Assembly (NCBI GenBank): GCA_964016885.1
Contig: OZ024743.1
Coordinates: 68,696,001 to 68,760,000 of the forward strand
Origin: Eledone cirrhosa
Lineage: Eukaryota
Direction: 5' to 3'
Length of the DNA: 64,000 bases
The notes under the pieces: model-generated
The model's database searches: none
Seen by the model: the letters and a program-made list of their open reading frames with translations, nothing else
What the model was told of the DNA's origin: nothing
In this document: positions 41,359-54,909 of the stretch, one piece after another
Layout of the letters: every line of letters begins with the position of its first letter
How positions within the stretch are numbered: position 1 is the first letter of the stretch
Made by a program: the position numbers and the translations under genes

Positions 41359-41454
41359 ACCCCGACGGCAGAGCTAAAGCCGTTTCGACGGCTAGTTCTA
41401 GACTAAATAAGAATGTTTAGCTTGGTAAATAAATAGCCGAGCTTCTCAGGGGGT
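41359..41454 (-). ncRNA. Hammerhead-like motif in pLTR (family A; core CUGA-GA); mirror copy 44512-44596 (+)
   Basis: ACCCC-CTGAGAA-G..CGGCTA..TAGCCGTC-GAAA-CGGC..GCCG-TC-GGGGT. Confidence 0.62.
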
Positions 41455-42383
41455 AATTCCTTATATGGGAAGATAGTAATTGTCAAAAGGATTGGTAACA
41501 AATTTGTTGTAAAGACAGATGATTATATCATGGCATTTGGTGGGCGGTGGGGGTAGTTGAACTTGCATGTAGAACAAAGAGGGAGTGGAGGAAATCCAGT
41601 CAAGTGTTGAAAATGAAATCTATACAGCAGATTCTAAGGATAGTGTATGGAGGGTCGAAAAAAGTGTACTGGAGAATGGGAAGAGGGGGGGTTGAAAGAA
41701 TAGGTAAATCGAAAGGGAGTAAACAAAAAAAAAAACATATAAAAATAAGGAAATAAATATATAAAAATCTATTTCTGTTTACTACTCCATCTCCACAATC
41801 ACCAAATCTCTCATTGGTATTGTTAAGCTATAGAAAAGTTTAATAGGTGGAGAAAAATACTAAATACGAGATTGTAATGAAAGAATGTTATAAAGCCGGT
41901 TTACAGGGTTCTAACACCACTGCTATAGTTAGTTAGTAATCAGCCAATGCTATCTTATAATGACAGGTTTATAAGTTGAGAACAAAAATACAACTACAAA
42001 AATACTAATACGAAATATTAATTCAGAATACTAATACAGAAATACTAATACAAGAATACTAATACAAAAATACCACTAAGAAATTTAGAAATCACAGAAA
42101 TGGAGCAGCAACCAGAAAGAAAACAATTTACTGGGGTCTAACACATCTGCTATAAAAAGCGTAATCTGCCAATTCTATCTTAAAATTGGGGGGGGGGGGG
42201 GGGTTACTGAGGCTACAGAGGACCGATGGGCTGCATCGGGTGGGCGAAAAGTTGAAAAAAAAATACGACAAGGAAGGAGATCTGGGGTGGAAGCACTAGG
42301 AAGAGATTGGGGAAGAAATAAATATAGAGGAAATTTATAAAAAAAATATATAAAAAAGTTACGTCTACCTTTGTGAGCAGGTG

Positions 42384-43561
42384 TTACCCCTTACAAAATC
42401 GGCCAGTGTGGTGTTTCAGCCCTTGTCTACCCCCCTCCACCGGGTCATTACGAGGTTTGAGAGCGAGGTAAGACCTACGCAATCTGTGTTTGCATGCAGT
42501 TACCAGTTCGTATTTCTTGTTTAGGAGTTGGTACTTCGAAAACAGGATTTGTAATGTTTCCTCCGAGCATAAATTACACGGACGGCGTCCTCCCGTGTAA
42601 GAGTTAGCTCTGGAAAGTAAGCTCCAAGTGAGATTGTAGGTTATATTATTATCTTTGAGGTCCCATACGTGGCCCGAAAGTGTAGTGGCATGACACCGGG
42701 CCGGGTTTCGGAAAGTATGTCGGTGTAGGTAGAGCCGTCTCTTGAAGTCACAAGCGGTTAATCCTACATAAGCTTTGTTAGAGGTGTCCGTCATCACGAT
42801 GCACTGGTAGATGTTGTAGTGGGAAGTGTTTTTCGATGAGCCTAAAAAGATTTTCCCAATAGGTGTTGTCACCTCGGCATTGTGGGGAGGATTGAACCAC
42901 GTTACGTTGCATGAGCGGCGGTGTCGCCTGCTGGTGCGCTAATGGAAGCTGGATAATAGGATATTTCCTCCCGGAAGCCACTCCGCTTGAGAGCCTGATT
43001 GTAATAAGGCGCATGTTCGTCGAATATCTGCTCATTAGCGGACAAACGAGATATGCGGAGGGAGATGTTTTTAACCAGGTTATTGGTGATGTTTCTAGGA
43101 TGGTACGACCGGCGGTGGATGTAATGCAGGTTGTCGTTTGGTTTCCTGTATGGGTAGTACAGATCATTATCGAGGTTAAGTGTAACGTCCAGGGAAGTTT
43201 ACTCGGGTTTGGGACGTGTGTAGTGTTATTTTAAATCCCCAGTCGCGGAAGAAGCTGATTAATTGTTTACGGACCCGGTCTGTACTACTGGGGTTGTGCC
43301 CTTTGAGGGTAGGAGCCCATCATCGCGGTACAATCCACTGCCGAATGCAGGAAACATTTCGGTGAGTTTAAATATTAGGAATAATCCTATAAGATCTGTG
43401 ACCTCAGCCGAATCTGTCGCGCCGATACTGACGTCAAAGGGGGAGTCAGGAGCTCTCTTTATCCATTTGGAGTTGTCGAAAGCTAGGACTGCTCTCCTGG
43501 CGTGGAGGTTGATGTTTCTTTCCTGGTCGGTGATGGGCGTGAGTGTTTCGGCAAAGTCCAA
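42384..43561 (-). pseudogene. PLE reverse transcriptase C-half plus GIY-YIG endonuclease, frameshifted
   Basis: ORFs 43259-43561, 42778-43167 and 42384-42872 carry the motifs listed above. Confidence 0.88.
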
Positions 43562-44606
43562 GGGGTAACCCTGCTTACAAAGGTAGACGTAACTTTTTTA
43601 TCTTTTCCTCTATATTTCCTTCTTTCCCCCCCCCCATCTCTTCCTAGTCCTTCCACCCCAGATCTCCTTCTTTGTCTTTTTTTCAGGTTTTCGCCTACCC
43701 CGATTCAGCCCATCGGTCCTCTGTAGCCTCAGTACCCCCATCCCCCTAATTTTAAAATAGAATTGGCCGATTACGCTTTTTATAGCAGATGTGTTAGACC
43801 CCAGTAAATTGTTTTCTTCCTGGTTGCTGCTCCATTTCTGTGATTTCTAAATTTCTTAGTGGTATTTTTGTATTAGTATTCTTGTATTAGTATTTCTTTA
43901 TTATTATTCTGAATTAATATTTCGTATTAGTATTTTTGTAGTAGTATATTTGTTCTCAACTTATTAACCTGTCATTGTAAGATAGCATTGGCTGATTACT
44001 AACTAACTATAGTAGTGGTGTTAGACCCCCTGTAAAGCCGGCTTTATAAAATTCTTTCACAACAATCTCGTATTTAGTATTTTTCTCCACCTATTAATCT
44101 TTTCTATAGCTTAGCAATACCAATGAGAGATTTGGTGATTGTGGGAATGGAGTAGTAAACAGAAATTGTTTTTTTAATATTTATTTCCTTATTTTTTGTT
44201 TTGTATATATTTATTTCCTTATTTTTATAATGTTTTTTTTCTTTACTCCCTTTCAATTTACCTATTCTTTCAACCCCCCCCTCATCCCATTCTCTAGTAC
44301 ACTTTTTTCGACTTTCTATACATTATCCTTAGAATCTGCTGTATAGATTTCATTTTCAACACTTGACTGGGTTTCCCCCACTCCCTCTCTGTTCTACATG
44401 CAAGTTCAGCTACCCCTACCTCCCACCAAATGCCATGATAGAATCATCTGTCTTTACAACAAAATTTTGACCAATCCTTTTGACAATTACTATCTTTCCA
44501 TATAAGGAATTACCCCTTGAGAAGTTCGGCTATTTTTATACCAGGCTAAAAATTCTTATTTAGCCGTCGAAACGGCTTGAGCTCTGCCGTCGGGGTCATA
44601 CTTGTT

Positions 44607-44662
<56 letters not shown>

Positions 44663-44799
44663 TAGTAAACTGGATGGTAATATCCGTAGTGGTAGAGCAC
44701 TCAGTCCATGGGGCGAGTTAGGTAGAAGTGGTTACACATATATCGTGACGATACGTTGCTTTAATTGAATACGATAGTGAAATTAATAGGAAAAGAAAA

Positions 44800-45940
44800 T
44801 CCATAATACAATTTTTCAACAACTACAACGTTAAGTTAGAAATAGAGAATAACTACAAAATCGGTAACTTCTCAGGTCTTTACTATCCTTTCCATAAAAT
44901 TAACGAAAATCTAAATTATGTAAGTTTCAGTTCTAATCATCCTAGAAGTATTAAAAACAGTATTGTCAATAGCGTCCCACAACGGATTTCACGCATAGCT
45001 GTTAATAAAAATATTTTTGATGATAAGGCTGAATATTATAATGAAGCTTTACATAGAGCAGGATACTCGAATATAATTAATTACATAGATAACAATAACA
45101 TAACAAATCATCCTAGTATTAATTATAATAATAATAAACAATTTAACTTAAACACTAAACGAAACAAAAAAACTAGAACTAGAAATATTATTTGGAACTC
45201 TCCCTCATTCTCATTAAGCGTTAAAAGACCTTTAGCAAAGCTATTCTTTAAAGCACCAGATAAATGTTTTTCTAAAGCCCACAGATACCACTCTATTTTT
45301 AACAGACACACTATAAAACTATCCTACTCTAATTATGAACATAGTTATGAACATAGCACAAAATATAAATGAACATAGCACAAAATATAAATAGAATTAA
45401 TAATAGAAACTTAAATTTAAACCCTATCCAAAGTAACCAACATAGCAATAATAATATGTCTAACAACAATATTCAGAATAATAGTACCGTTCCGAACAAC
45501 AATAACTCCAGTAAATGTAACTGTAGAATCAAATCAAACTGCCCTTTATGAAATAATTGTTTAGACAAAAGCGTAGTTTATAAATGCAGAGTTAAAACTA
45601 GAGACAAATGTTTAACTATGTTGGTGCCACTTCAACAAAATTTAAAGAACGCTGGAATAACCATAATCACACATTTAGGAGATCTAATAAAAAATCTTCT
45701 ACTTCACTTTCACATCTAATTTGGAACTTAAAAGACAACAATATAGACTATTCAATATCTTGGAGAACGATTTCTAAAGCACCTGCATAACGAAATATGG
45801 CTTTATCAAGATTCTGTAAATTGTGTATCGAACATATGTTTTATGTAATTAACTGTCAAAACTCTATTACTCTTAGAACAGAATTATTTTCTTCTTGCAG
45901 AAATCGCCAAAATTCCACGTTCAGAACTATTTTCAATTTA
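44800..45940 (+). pseudogene. Degenerate AT-rich Penelope-like RT-thumb/GIY-YIG fragment
   Basis: YVSFSSNHPRSIKNSIV..RIS..YNEAL; RNIIWNSP; CNCRIKSNCPL; VVYKC..YVGATSTKFKERWNNH; CKLCIE. Confidence 0.85.
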
Positions 45941-46898
45941 TAATATTCCTATACACCTTCAAAATGATCCTATCTTCTTTAAAAATTAAAATGTAAATTT
46001 TTTAATATTTTTAATATTTTTTAAATTTTAATATTTCTAATTTTTTTTAATATCGCTAATATTTCTAATATTTTTAATATATATATTTTTAATATATGCA
46101 AAAGTTCTATTTAAATTGTTGGGATACAACAAATAAATATTTCTATAATTGATATAAAGCACTCGACAAATATTTGGAGTAGATATACGATATTAATAAA
46201 TGGAAACTATATTGGAATTATCTTTCCTTTCTCAGTCGTGCAAATATAAACATATGTTTGATAATGTAAATAACTTCGCTAAATTAACAATATTCTGAAA
46301 ACATTTTCAATGTTGAAGAAAATTTTCGAATCTACAAATTGTTCTCCTCTCACAACTTGAAACACATATTTTTTTAAGTAAAATACAAAATTAACTTCCT
46401 TCATAACTCATATTAGAAATATAAACAACTAATAATTGTAAATTATTTATATTTCTATAATACTAATACATACGCAATTATTAAGCTATATAGATATTTA
46501 TATACATATAACCTGTTGTAAGATAAAAATACTTACAACCATAATCCTTCATATAATCTAATTGATTATATATACAATATTATAACTCATAATATAGGTA
46601 AATAAATTTAAACTCTTGAACATATTCCATTTTTTCCCCCAAATTAACGAAAATGCTAGCTCTTCTTCCTTTTTCTTCTTTCCTAAGCATATAAAGACAT
46701 ATCATCATTATTTAAATTCTGCATAGCGTCTAAAATAACGGTTTTATTTTCAGCCCTTTACAAAAACCTCATTTGCATACTCGTCTTAATAATTTGAAAT
46801 ATCTGACTTTTCTTCTCTTATCCCTTCACTATCCAAGGAAAACTTGAACCGTTAAGGTATTTTCCTTGGTTATGACGAAATTTATAAAACACACTTCG

Positions 46899-46958
46899 TA
46901 TTTTATCTGATGATACCGTACCAAAGTTTGGTACCCTTGAAATATATATAATAGAATA
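46899..46958 (+). ncRNA. Type I hammerhead ribozyme (family C, diverged)
   Basis: TATTTTAT-CTGATGA-..GTACCAA AGT TTGGTAC..-GAAA-TATATA-TA-ATAGAATA. Confidence 0.65.
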
Positions 46959-47022
46959 AATATGGTTTCATAAATATATATATACATATATATATATACA
47001 TATATTTGTGTGTGTATGTGTC

Positions 47023-47072
<50 letters not shown>

Positions 47073-47094
47073 TTTGTGTGTGTATGTGTCTGTG

Positions 47095-47148
<54 letters not shown>

Positions 47149-47351
47149 TATATATCTACATATACATACACACAGACACAGCCACGTACACACCGTTTTT
47201 TCACCGCTCCTATTAATGACGTATTATATTCGTTTTTTTCCCGTTCTTTGCCAGGGAACGTTTCCACGAACCAAAGTATCGTCTTCCAGTCTTCCTCCGG
47301 TTGCAACGTTTTTTGAAATATCCACTTCTGCGCTTACAGATTGACTTCGTT

Positions 47352-47402
47352 AGTCTCAGAAGATCCCGTTAAGGGTGAAAGCAGCGATTCTTTGCTCAAA
47401 CT
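47352..47402 (+). ncRNA. Hammerhead-like motif with CAGAAGA core (family D) at the 3' end of a pLTR-like insert 47180-47420
   Basis: AGTCT-CAGAAGA-TCCC GTTAA GGGT-GAAA-GCA GCGATTCTT TGC-TC-AAACT. Confidence 0.58.
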
Positions 47403-47418
47403 TTAATCTGTTATTTTA

Positions 47419-47519
<101 letters not shown>

Positions 47520-47973
47520 ACAAGAAACACATATAAACACACTAGTAAAGATAGAATACATTAACCAATACACAATCACCCAATCACGAACACTCATCAA
47601 ACAAAACACTATACACACACGCAAACGCATGCGCAAAGAAGTAAAAATAAAATAAACAAATAAATAAATATATAAACAGACTAATTAAAGATGGCGTAGA
47701 AAATACAATGCAACGGGTGGAAAAAATAGCACCACTGACGATGTTGCAGATGTGCAACGAAAGAACTTTGATAAACAATATATATGTGTCTCTGTCTATA
47801 TTGTATCTGTATTATTTTTGACCGTTGGTCAGTCAATGGGAACATTGTGGACCGAATAAATTAGATTACCGATATAAAAGACACAGAAGCGAAAAGCGAA
47901 AACCAACCAAATAGTGAGTGTGTTCTGTTATTAATTCTGGCAATATTACACAAATATGACCCTCCCCAAGTAT

Positions 47974-48062
<89 letters not shown>

Positions 48063-49085
48063 TATATGTATATATATGGAGGGAAATTAGCTAACCAGTG
48101 TAGAAAGGCCCTGAGAAAGACCCACTTAAAGATTAAGGTGGTAGAAAAGCCATGAACCGCCATAAAATTCCTGATCAGAAAAACATACCGTTTTAAGAAA
48201 ACCCACTGTACTAATAGGAAATGTACTATATGTAAAGTAAACCCCCGGATAAACTATAACTCTAGCAACGTAGTCTATAGTATAAGATGTACAGAGGCTA
48301 CTTGCAGAAACATGACAACATCATACATAGGCGACACAGCTCGTAGCATAGGTGAAATGATAGACCAAAACAGGTGGGAACTAAACGGACAAAAAACGGT
48401 TCAGTACTATACGAACACGCCAGACAACAACAGGATGGTAACATAGACAACATAGACATTAAAATAATATCTAAACATAGAAAAGACCCAGCAGATAGCC
48501 AAATCAGAGAGGCCAGTGAAATAGAACTTAGAAGGCCAAAGCTAAACAGGAAAAATGAATGGAATAACAATAACACCCAAACAAACAATACTGACCTAAG
48601 AGAAATATAAATAAATAAATAAATAGATACAAACACAAGCACAATAACGTATAAAGACACACTAGTAAACTAAGATAGAATACAATAACCAAAACACAGT
48701 CACGCAAACACGAACACGCATCAAACACTAAACGCACACGCAAACGCATGCGCAGAGAAGAAGACAAAATAAATTAATAAATAAATAAACAGAATAAATA
48801 AAGACGGCGTAGACATACAATACAACAGGAGGAAACATAATAGCATAACTGACGATGTTGCAGATGTGCAACGAAATAATTTTGGTATACTATATATATA
48901 TATATGTGTTTGTGTTTATACTGTAGCTGTATTTTTGACCGTTGGTCAGTCAATGGTAAAAATTGAGGACAGAATAAATTAACTGATATAAAAGATACAG
49001 AAGCGAAAACCAACCAAAGAGTGAGTGTGTCCTATTATTAATTCTGGCAATATTATTACAACAATATGACCCTGCCCAAGTATAA
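47520..49085 (+). mobile_element. PLE relic (family G): pLTR 47520-47975, GIY-YIG 3' fragment 48080-48600, pLTR 48600-49085
   Basis: Direct repeats ~450 bp; NVVYSIRC..SYIG, IKIISKH..IREASEIELRRPKLNRK; HHRs at 47731-47772 and 48845-48887 (CTGACGA-T-GTTGCA GATG TGCAAC-GAAA). Confidence 0.82.
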
Positions 49086-49128
<43 letters not shown>

Positions 49129-49179
49129 TTAAAACAGAAAACAAAAAGCAAATAACGATGAGTGCAGTACAAAGTGTTA

Positions 49180-49226
<47 letters not shown>

Positions 49227-49277
49227 TATAAAGCTTAATATATGTATATTATATTTCCTATATATATATATATATAT

Positions 49278-49468
49278 AACGAAGGAAATGTGGTAAGGAA
49301 CCAGGTGGACCATAACGCACCAAAGTACTCAATACTTGAGGTAGTAGAGTGGGTAATAGGAACCAGTAAGACCCCGACAGCTGAGCTCAAGCCGTTTCGA
49401 CGGCTAATTCTGGACAGAATTAGCCGTCGAAACGGCTTGAGCTCAGCTGTCGGGGTCTTACTGGTTCC

Positions 49469-49470
<2 letters not shown>
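49278..49470 (-). mobile_element. Fold-back mini-insert of the family A pLTR 3' end: perfect 55-bp arms (49357-49411 / 49416-49470) plus tail
   Basis: Exact inverted repeat around GGAC; matches 41330-41395 and 44561-44610. Confidence 0.92.
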
Positions 49471-49501
<31 letters not shown>

Positions 49502-49983
49502 TATATATATATATAGTGAACGAAACATTCCTGTACAGAAAGAACATCTGAAGGTGCAGAAAGAGTATATTAGTTTACTGCTCAAAATATGTGAAAAGGA
49601 GTCTGTACTCAACGTTAAGGGTAACGCCTTTCTTCTAGAGGGAGTCGGTAAAAAAATGTGGAAAAAGCAAGAAGGAAAATTCAAAAGCACGAAAAGAATA
49701 CAGAAACATGTTTGGGCTTGTTCATAAACCATCACTTTGTGCAGGGTAGGTAAATACGGAGACAAGATAGTTGAGCTTGAATATGTGAAGGTTAGTGTAC
49801 GCACACCGGCAAACACACCCTATAAACTTAAGTGTACGTCGATATATAAAGAAACACAGTAACACTGACACACATTCATATGTAAGTATATATATATATA
49901 TATATATGTCAAAATGAATGGACCTGTTATTTTTGTCTAAATACATTTTCTCAAGTTCCATCCCACCCGTCCTTCTCATTCTT

Positions 49984-50019
49984 TCTTCTGATGAAGGACT
50001 AGCGTCAGAAACATCAAGA
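49984..50019 (+). ncRNA. Minimal PLE-type hammerhead, slightly degenerate
   Basis: TCTT-CTGATGA-AGGAC TAGC GTCA-GAAA-CA-TC-AAGA. Confidence 0.62.
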
Positions 50020-50100
50020 CAAGCTTCCTGCTATATCAAGCGTTAACCTAATATATCCCTTCCATATACTGTACCGATTGTGTTGTTATTTCTGCTTACC

Positions 50101-50235
<135 letters not shown>

Positions 50236-50244
50236 TGTATATAT

Positions 50245-50610
50245 ATATATTTGATAGATAATTCCGGAGGAGAAGCAAAGGAAAAAAAGACTGTTCTATG
50301 TATAGAAAAGAGCTATTTAATTAGAAAGTGAAAAATACAAAATATAACTACTCCATTACCAAATGTTTCTGGATCCCATACAATATTCATATACGTCTAG
50401 ATCGGTCAATGGAGTAGTTATATTTTGTGTTGTTCACTTTCTAATTAAATAGCTCTGTTCTATACATAGAGCACTCTTTTTTATTTTATTTTCCTTCGGA
50501 ATTACCTAATATATATATTTGTATATGTATATATATATATATTGCTCTAATTTTCAATTATTTAATTAATTCTTCATTGAGCCACACCGTGAATGGTTGC
50601 CAAAAACATA
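50245..50610. repeat. Diverged fold-back insert (arms ~50250-50360 / 50405-50515) with tail
   Basis: GAGCTATTTAATTAGAAAGTGAA..CAAAATATAACTACTCCATT and its reverse complement; GAAACATTTGGTA next to the axis on the minus strand; tail resembles 34090-34150. Confidence 0.8.
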
Positions 50611-50649
50611 TATATATATATATATATGACTTTGTCTAATTCATATGTA

Positions 50650-51240
50650 TATACCCTTTAAATTTTTATATACTCCCGTAAGGTTGACTAGATCTTTAGG
50701 CAGTATTCGGCTACGGTTTCTAGTAACCGGCCTACTCACCGACAGGCACCAATCATAAACTTTATGCCTTGTCCACTGGCCACGTGATGATTCTTAGCCA
50801 TTTTGAATTCGTTTCTGGCGGGGATCATGGTAAAAAAATCTTTATCCAATTGAGTTATCTCCTGAGAGAGTTCCTAACCTCGTTGATTTATACAAATCGG
50901 ATATATCCAAAAAGTGAACGAACCGCCGGGTAGTAGAGATATTATGATGATTTTGGTAAAGTTTAAGTACATTTTTTCTTCTAACTTTGATATTGTACAT
51001 AATTATGTGTAGTTAAATATATGTCTAGTCAATTTCTACAGTCTAATAGAAATATTAGGTAATTTTTTGTAGCGGTACATCGCGGATAACAAGCTATATC
51101 ATGTGTCTATTATTTCTTCATAAGTACATTTTAAACTTTATAGCCTCGTTTAAATGATTTTTTTGTGTGGTTGATTTATACTGATTGGGAGGAGAATTAC
51201 TGTATATATTTTATGTAATGACTCTTTGGACTTACTTATA
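50650..51240 (+). mobile_element. Diverged copy of the family E element with a decayed HHR (~50856-50940)
   Basis: Shares CCGGCCTAC, CCAATCA, TGATTCTTAGCCAT.TTTGAAT and TTATCTCCTGA with 33585-33725. Confidence 0.6.
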
Positions 51241-51393
<153 letters not shown>

Positions 51394-52541
51394 CATATCT
51401 ATGTGTGCGTGCGTGTACACGCGTGTGTGTGTGCATTTTGTGATTGTGTCCTGTATCTTACAATTCGACAAAAATAGATCGATGATCGATATAGATATAT
51501 CAGCCCTGAAAGAACTATTTAAGCCTTTATGATCGACGTTAACACGGCACCCCAAAGTGGCTACAGTAAAAGTATTGTTACTGTGTATGCATATGACTCT
51601 ATCTACATATGTACTGAGGTTATAACTATGAGTTTGTGACTGTATAATTTCAAGCTAATTTGGTGTATAGAAATACCAGATTATTACTTAATGTGTGTGT
51701 CTCATTCTTTATATCCATGCAAATTGTTTCTGTATGTATGTGAGTATATGTAAATATATGTATATATTTATGTGTAAGTCTGGATGTGTGTATTTATCCT
51801 TTTTTTCATTTACTGGATGTATATGTGAAGTAATCTTTAAGAATGTGTGTGTCGATATCTATATTGCAGGTTAGGTTATGTATCAATGTGGCTTTTTGGA
51901 GTAATATCTGTAAATACAGCTTTGATTATGGTTATGTATCTGTGTGTTTATGTGTGTATGTGTAAATGTTGTTAGTTTTATGGGTGCATTGATAAAGACT
52001 GTTTGTGTGACTGTAATTGTCCTTCTGTATATGTACGGATAGATATGCAGGTATGTGTGTAATGCACTGATTGTATATTATTACAGGTAAGAGCGTTTCA
52101 ATGTGTGTGTGATAATGTGGAAGTTTGTGAATGCCTTTATGTGTGGACAATAGATATATTGAGAGACTGTGTGTGCATGTGTGTGAATTTATAAAGGGAA
52201 AAAGAGGCAGAGAAAACGATATATTGGAATCATTCCAGTTTGGGGTCCTGAAAACGGATATCCTATCACATTTACGTAGATAAGCTTGGATAGATTGAAC
52301 TGTAGAGAGCTATATAACACTTTGTGTATCGCAGGAAATATTGCAGAAAGAGAGAAAGAGAGACAGAAAGGATGTAAGAGAGAGATAATATTACCAGTAA
52401 GCTAGTGGTTGTAGCATGAATGCTGTTGGAGTCTCTCCAATACGGCTTACCGGAGGACATTTTTTCAACTAAATGCTAAAATGTTTGCGGAAAACATATG
52501 ATGCTCCCTCACAGGTATGAGAGCAACAATATCACATGAGA

Positions 52542-52575
<34 letters not shown>

Positions 52576-52990
52576 ATCAATATATGTATATATATATATG
52601 AAGCATAAAACTGGACCGGGTCATCTATAGATAAACAAATACATATGAGTTCTTTTGTTCCATCTCATTGTATTTTTACTTACATAATACATTTTACTCT
52701 GCTTCGGCAAAAGTTTGATACTGCCTGTAAACCTATCCAGGGAAGAACCATGTTACAATACTCATGTTGCCATCACTTACATTTTAGACAGGATTTTACA
52801 GGATTACATTTGAAAAACTGGCACCAAATATAATCCACTTGAAAGGTGGTCCTCTTTTAATGTTCCTTAAGAGAATGTTTTGTTTATTTCCGCGCTAAAA
52901 GCCAAGCCTTGCCTCCATACAATTTATAGCAGCTACTTCTCTTATAGATAAGCATAGAAAACATTTAACTAGTCCACAAGACCTTGTGAA

Positions 52991-53230
52991 GGCGCATTGC
53001 TTAGTGGTTAGAGTATTAGGCTTGCAATCGAAATGTTGTGAGTTCAATTCTCGGACCCGGTAATGTGTTGTTCCTTGAGCAATACACTTTATTTCACCTT
53101 GCTCCAGTTTACTGAGTTGTAGAATGAGATGATAGGACTGGGACCCCTATCATTAAATCACCCAAGACAACTCCAACAAGATATACTTTGGAGGAGGCCA
53201 GTTAAACCTGCATAGGTATGAGCTGTAACA
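52991..53230 (+). mobile_element. CORE-type SINE
   Basis: Paralogue of 19337-19570 ending in (CAA)n. Confidence 0.85.
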
Positions 53231-53607
53231 ACAACAACAAGTCCTCACGCTGTAACGCTGCTGGTATTGAGCTTAATATGCTGTAGTTGTGGCATTTGGA
53301 TTATTGCTCATATTGTCCACAGTGTATTATGTAAAGAGCTCATTTAAGAATGTGGTAAAATAAACTAATTTTTCGTTCTGCTTCCCTAGATACAAATATT
53401 TCTACTACACGCTTTCTAAGTAGTAGAAGTCTGTTATATCTGATGCTGGTTCCACGTGCATAGACAATATCAATCGACTTAAGATTTCTGATTGAAATGT
53501 ATATTGGAACAATGTATATTGGAAATAGAGGCTCTTTATAAGTGGTATATGTGTTAAAATATGGTGAGTGTTCCATACTCAACATGGGGATTCATATCTT
53601 CATTATG

Positions 53608-54072
53608 TATCGGTGAATTGGTAGTATCGGTAGAGGGTTGGACACCATGCTTTGATGCATGGAGTTACGGCCCTTGCCATTCTGAGTTAAAATCCCGGCT
53701 AGGTTAACTTTGCCTTTCATCCTTACGGGGTGGATAACATAAAGTACCAGTAATGCACTGGGATAATTGCTAGCCTTGAGCCAAAAGTAGAAACAATTAT
53801 GTATTTGCAAAAACGTCATTACACTCTCAAAAACGCCATTACACTGGGTGACAGTTTCTGCTGTTAAAGTACCATTAATTCCTTTTCTTGTTGTTAAACT
53901 CATCTGCGTCCAAACAAATCTTGCCTATTTTTGCTACGATAAATGCATTACTGTGGGCGGTGGATGGTAGTATCGGTAGAGGGTCGGACGCCATGCTTTG
54001 ACGCATAGAGTTATGGCCCTTGCCATTTTGAGTTCAAATCCCGCCGAGATTATCTTTGCCTTTCATCCTTAC
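53608..54072 (+). mobile_element. Two Nin-type SINEs (53608-53800 and 3'-truncated 53955-54072)
   Basis: Same consensus as the other copies. Confidence 0.85.
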
Positions 54073-54819
54073 TATGGCCCGTCCTCTTTGGCTGGGCTTT
54101 CTCTCGCTTGTATATAACATTAATTCAGGAACAGCTTTTTAAAAATATTCTCTATGTTAAGCTAAACAGCATTTGAGAAATTAATGAGTATTGTCTGACA
54201 TTAGCTGGCATTGAATCTCATGGCGAGTCTGACATATAGATTGTCAAGCAGTGTGACACGAATATGCAATAATACTACACTATTATATTGTAATAACACC
54301 ACTAATCTCTTTAATCTCAATAGTAATAAACAATATAAGCTACTTACTTATAAAATGTTCTTATAAATTTCTAGCTTGAAGAAATGATCTGATCAATTTG
54401 AAGTTACCTGCAATCCATATATTACCTGACCGTTTCATCGATGTAAATTACTTCTATTTCATTACTTAGGGCAATTGCGTTGATTATTGCAGGTTTGTCG
54501 GGTGTTTATCATCAATTTATTGGAGTCAAAGGTGTATATCACACTCCTTAAATGATCGCTAGCAACACTTTGACATAAATGTGCAGTAATTAGCGAAGTC
54601 ATATGCGATTCGGCTTTAACCTAAAATTTATAGACAGCCATAACGAAAACATGGCAGCCATCATAAAATCTGAGAGAATACTGTGTGAGAGCGTGTTGAT
54701 TATGAGAAAGACTTCTAAGGTGGGTCGTTGTTTCATATTTCATACACATATAATTTGCAATGTTACTTTCTTTCGTGGGAGTTATGCATTCCATCAATAT
54801 AATTTGGTAAAGGTTTAAA

Positions 54820-54903
<84 letters not shown>

Positions 54904-54909
<6 letters not shown>

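Larger units (their letters stand above)
41326..44610 (-). mobile_element. Penelope-like element: 5'-truncated RT/GIY-YIG ORF between ~1.05-kb inverted pLTRs (41326-42392 and 43560-44610), in (TA)n
   Basis: Arms are reverse complements; ORF pieces FDVSIGATDSAEVTDLIG..GLYRDDGL, TLDLNND, YITSTAGRT, NIYQC..AYVGLT..FKRRLYLH..CNLCSEE..LLNKKYE..CKH. Confidence 0.92.

Noticed and set aside
49278-49470. MITE or DNA-transposon interpretation of the hairpins
   Set aside because: Arms are asymmetric (one has a tail), loops differ between copies, and the sequence matches a PLE pLTR end
49242-49816. 161-aa and 193-aa ORFs
   Set aside because: They run through a palindrome and a (TA)n tract; composite artefacts
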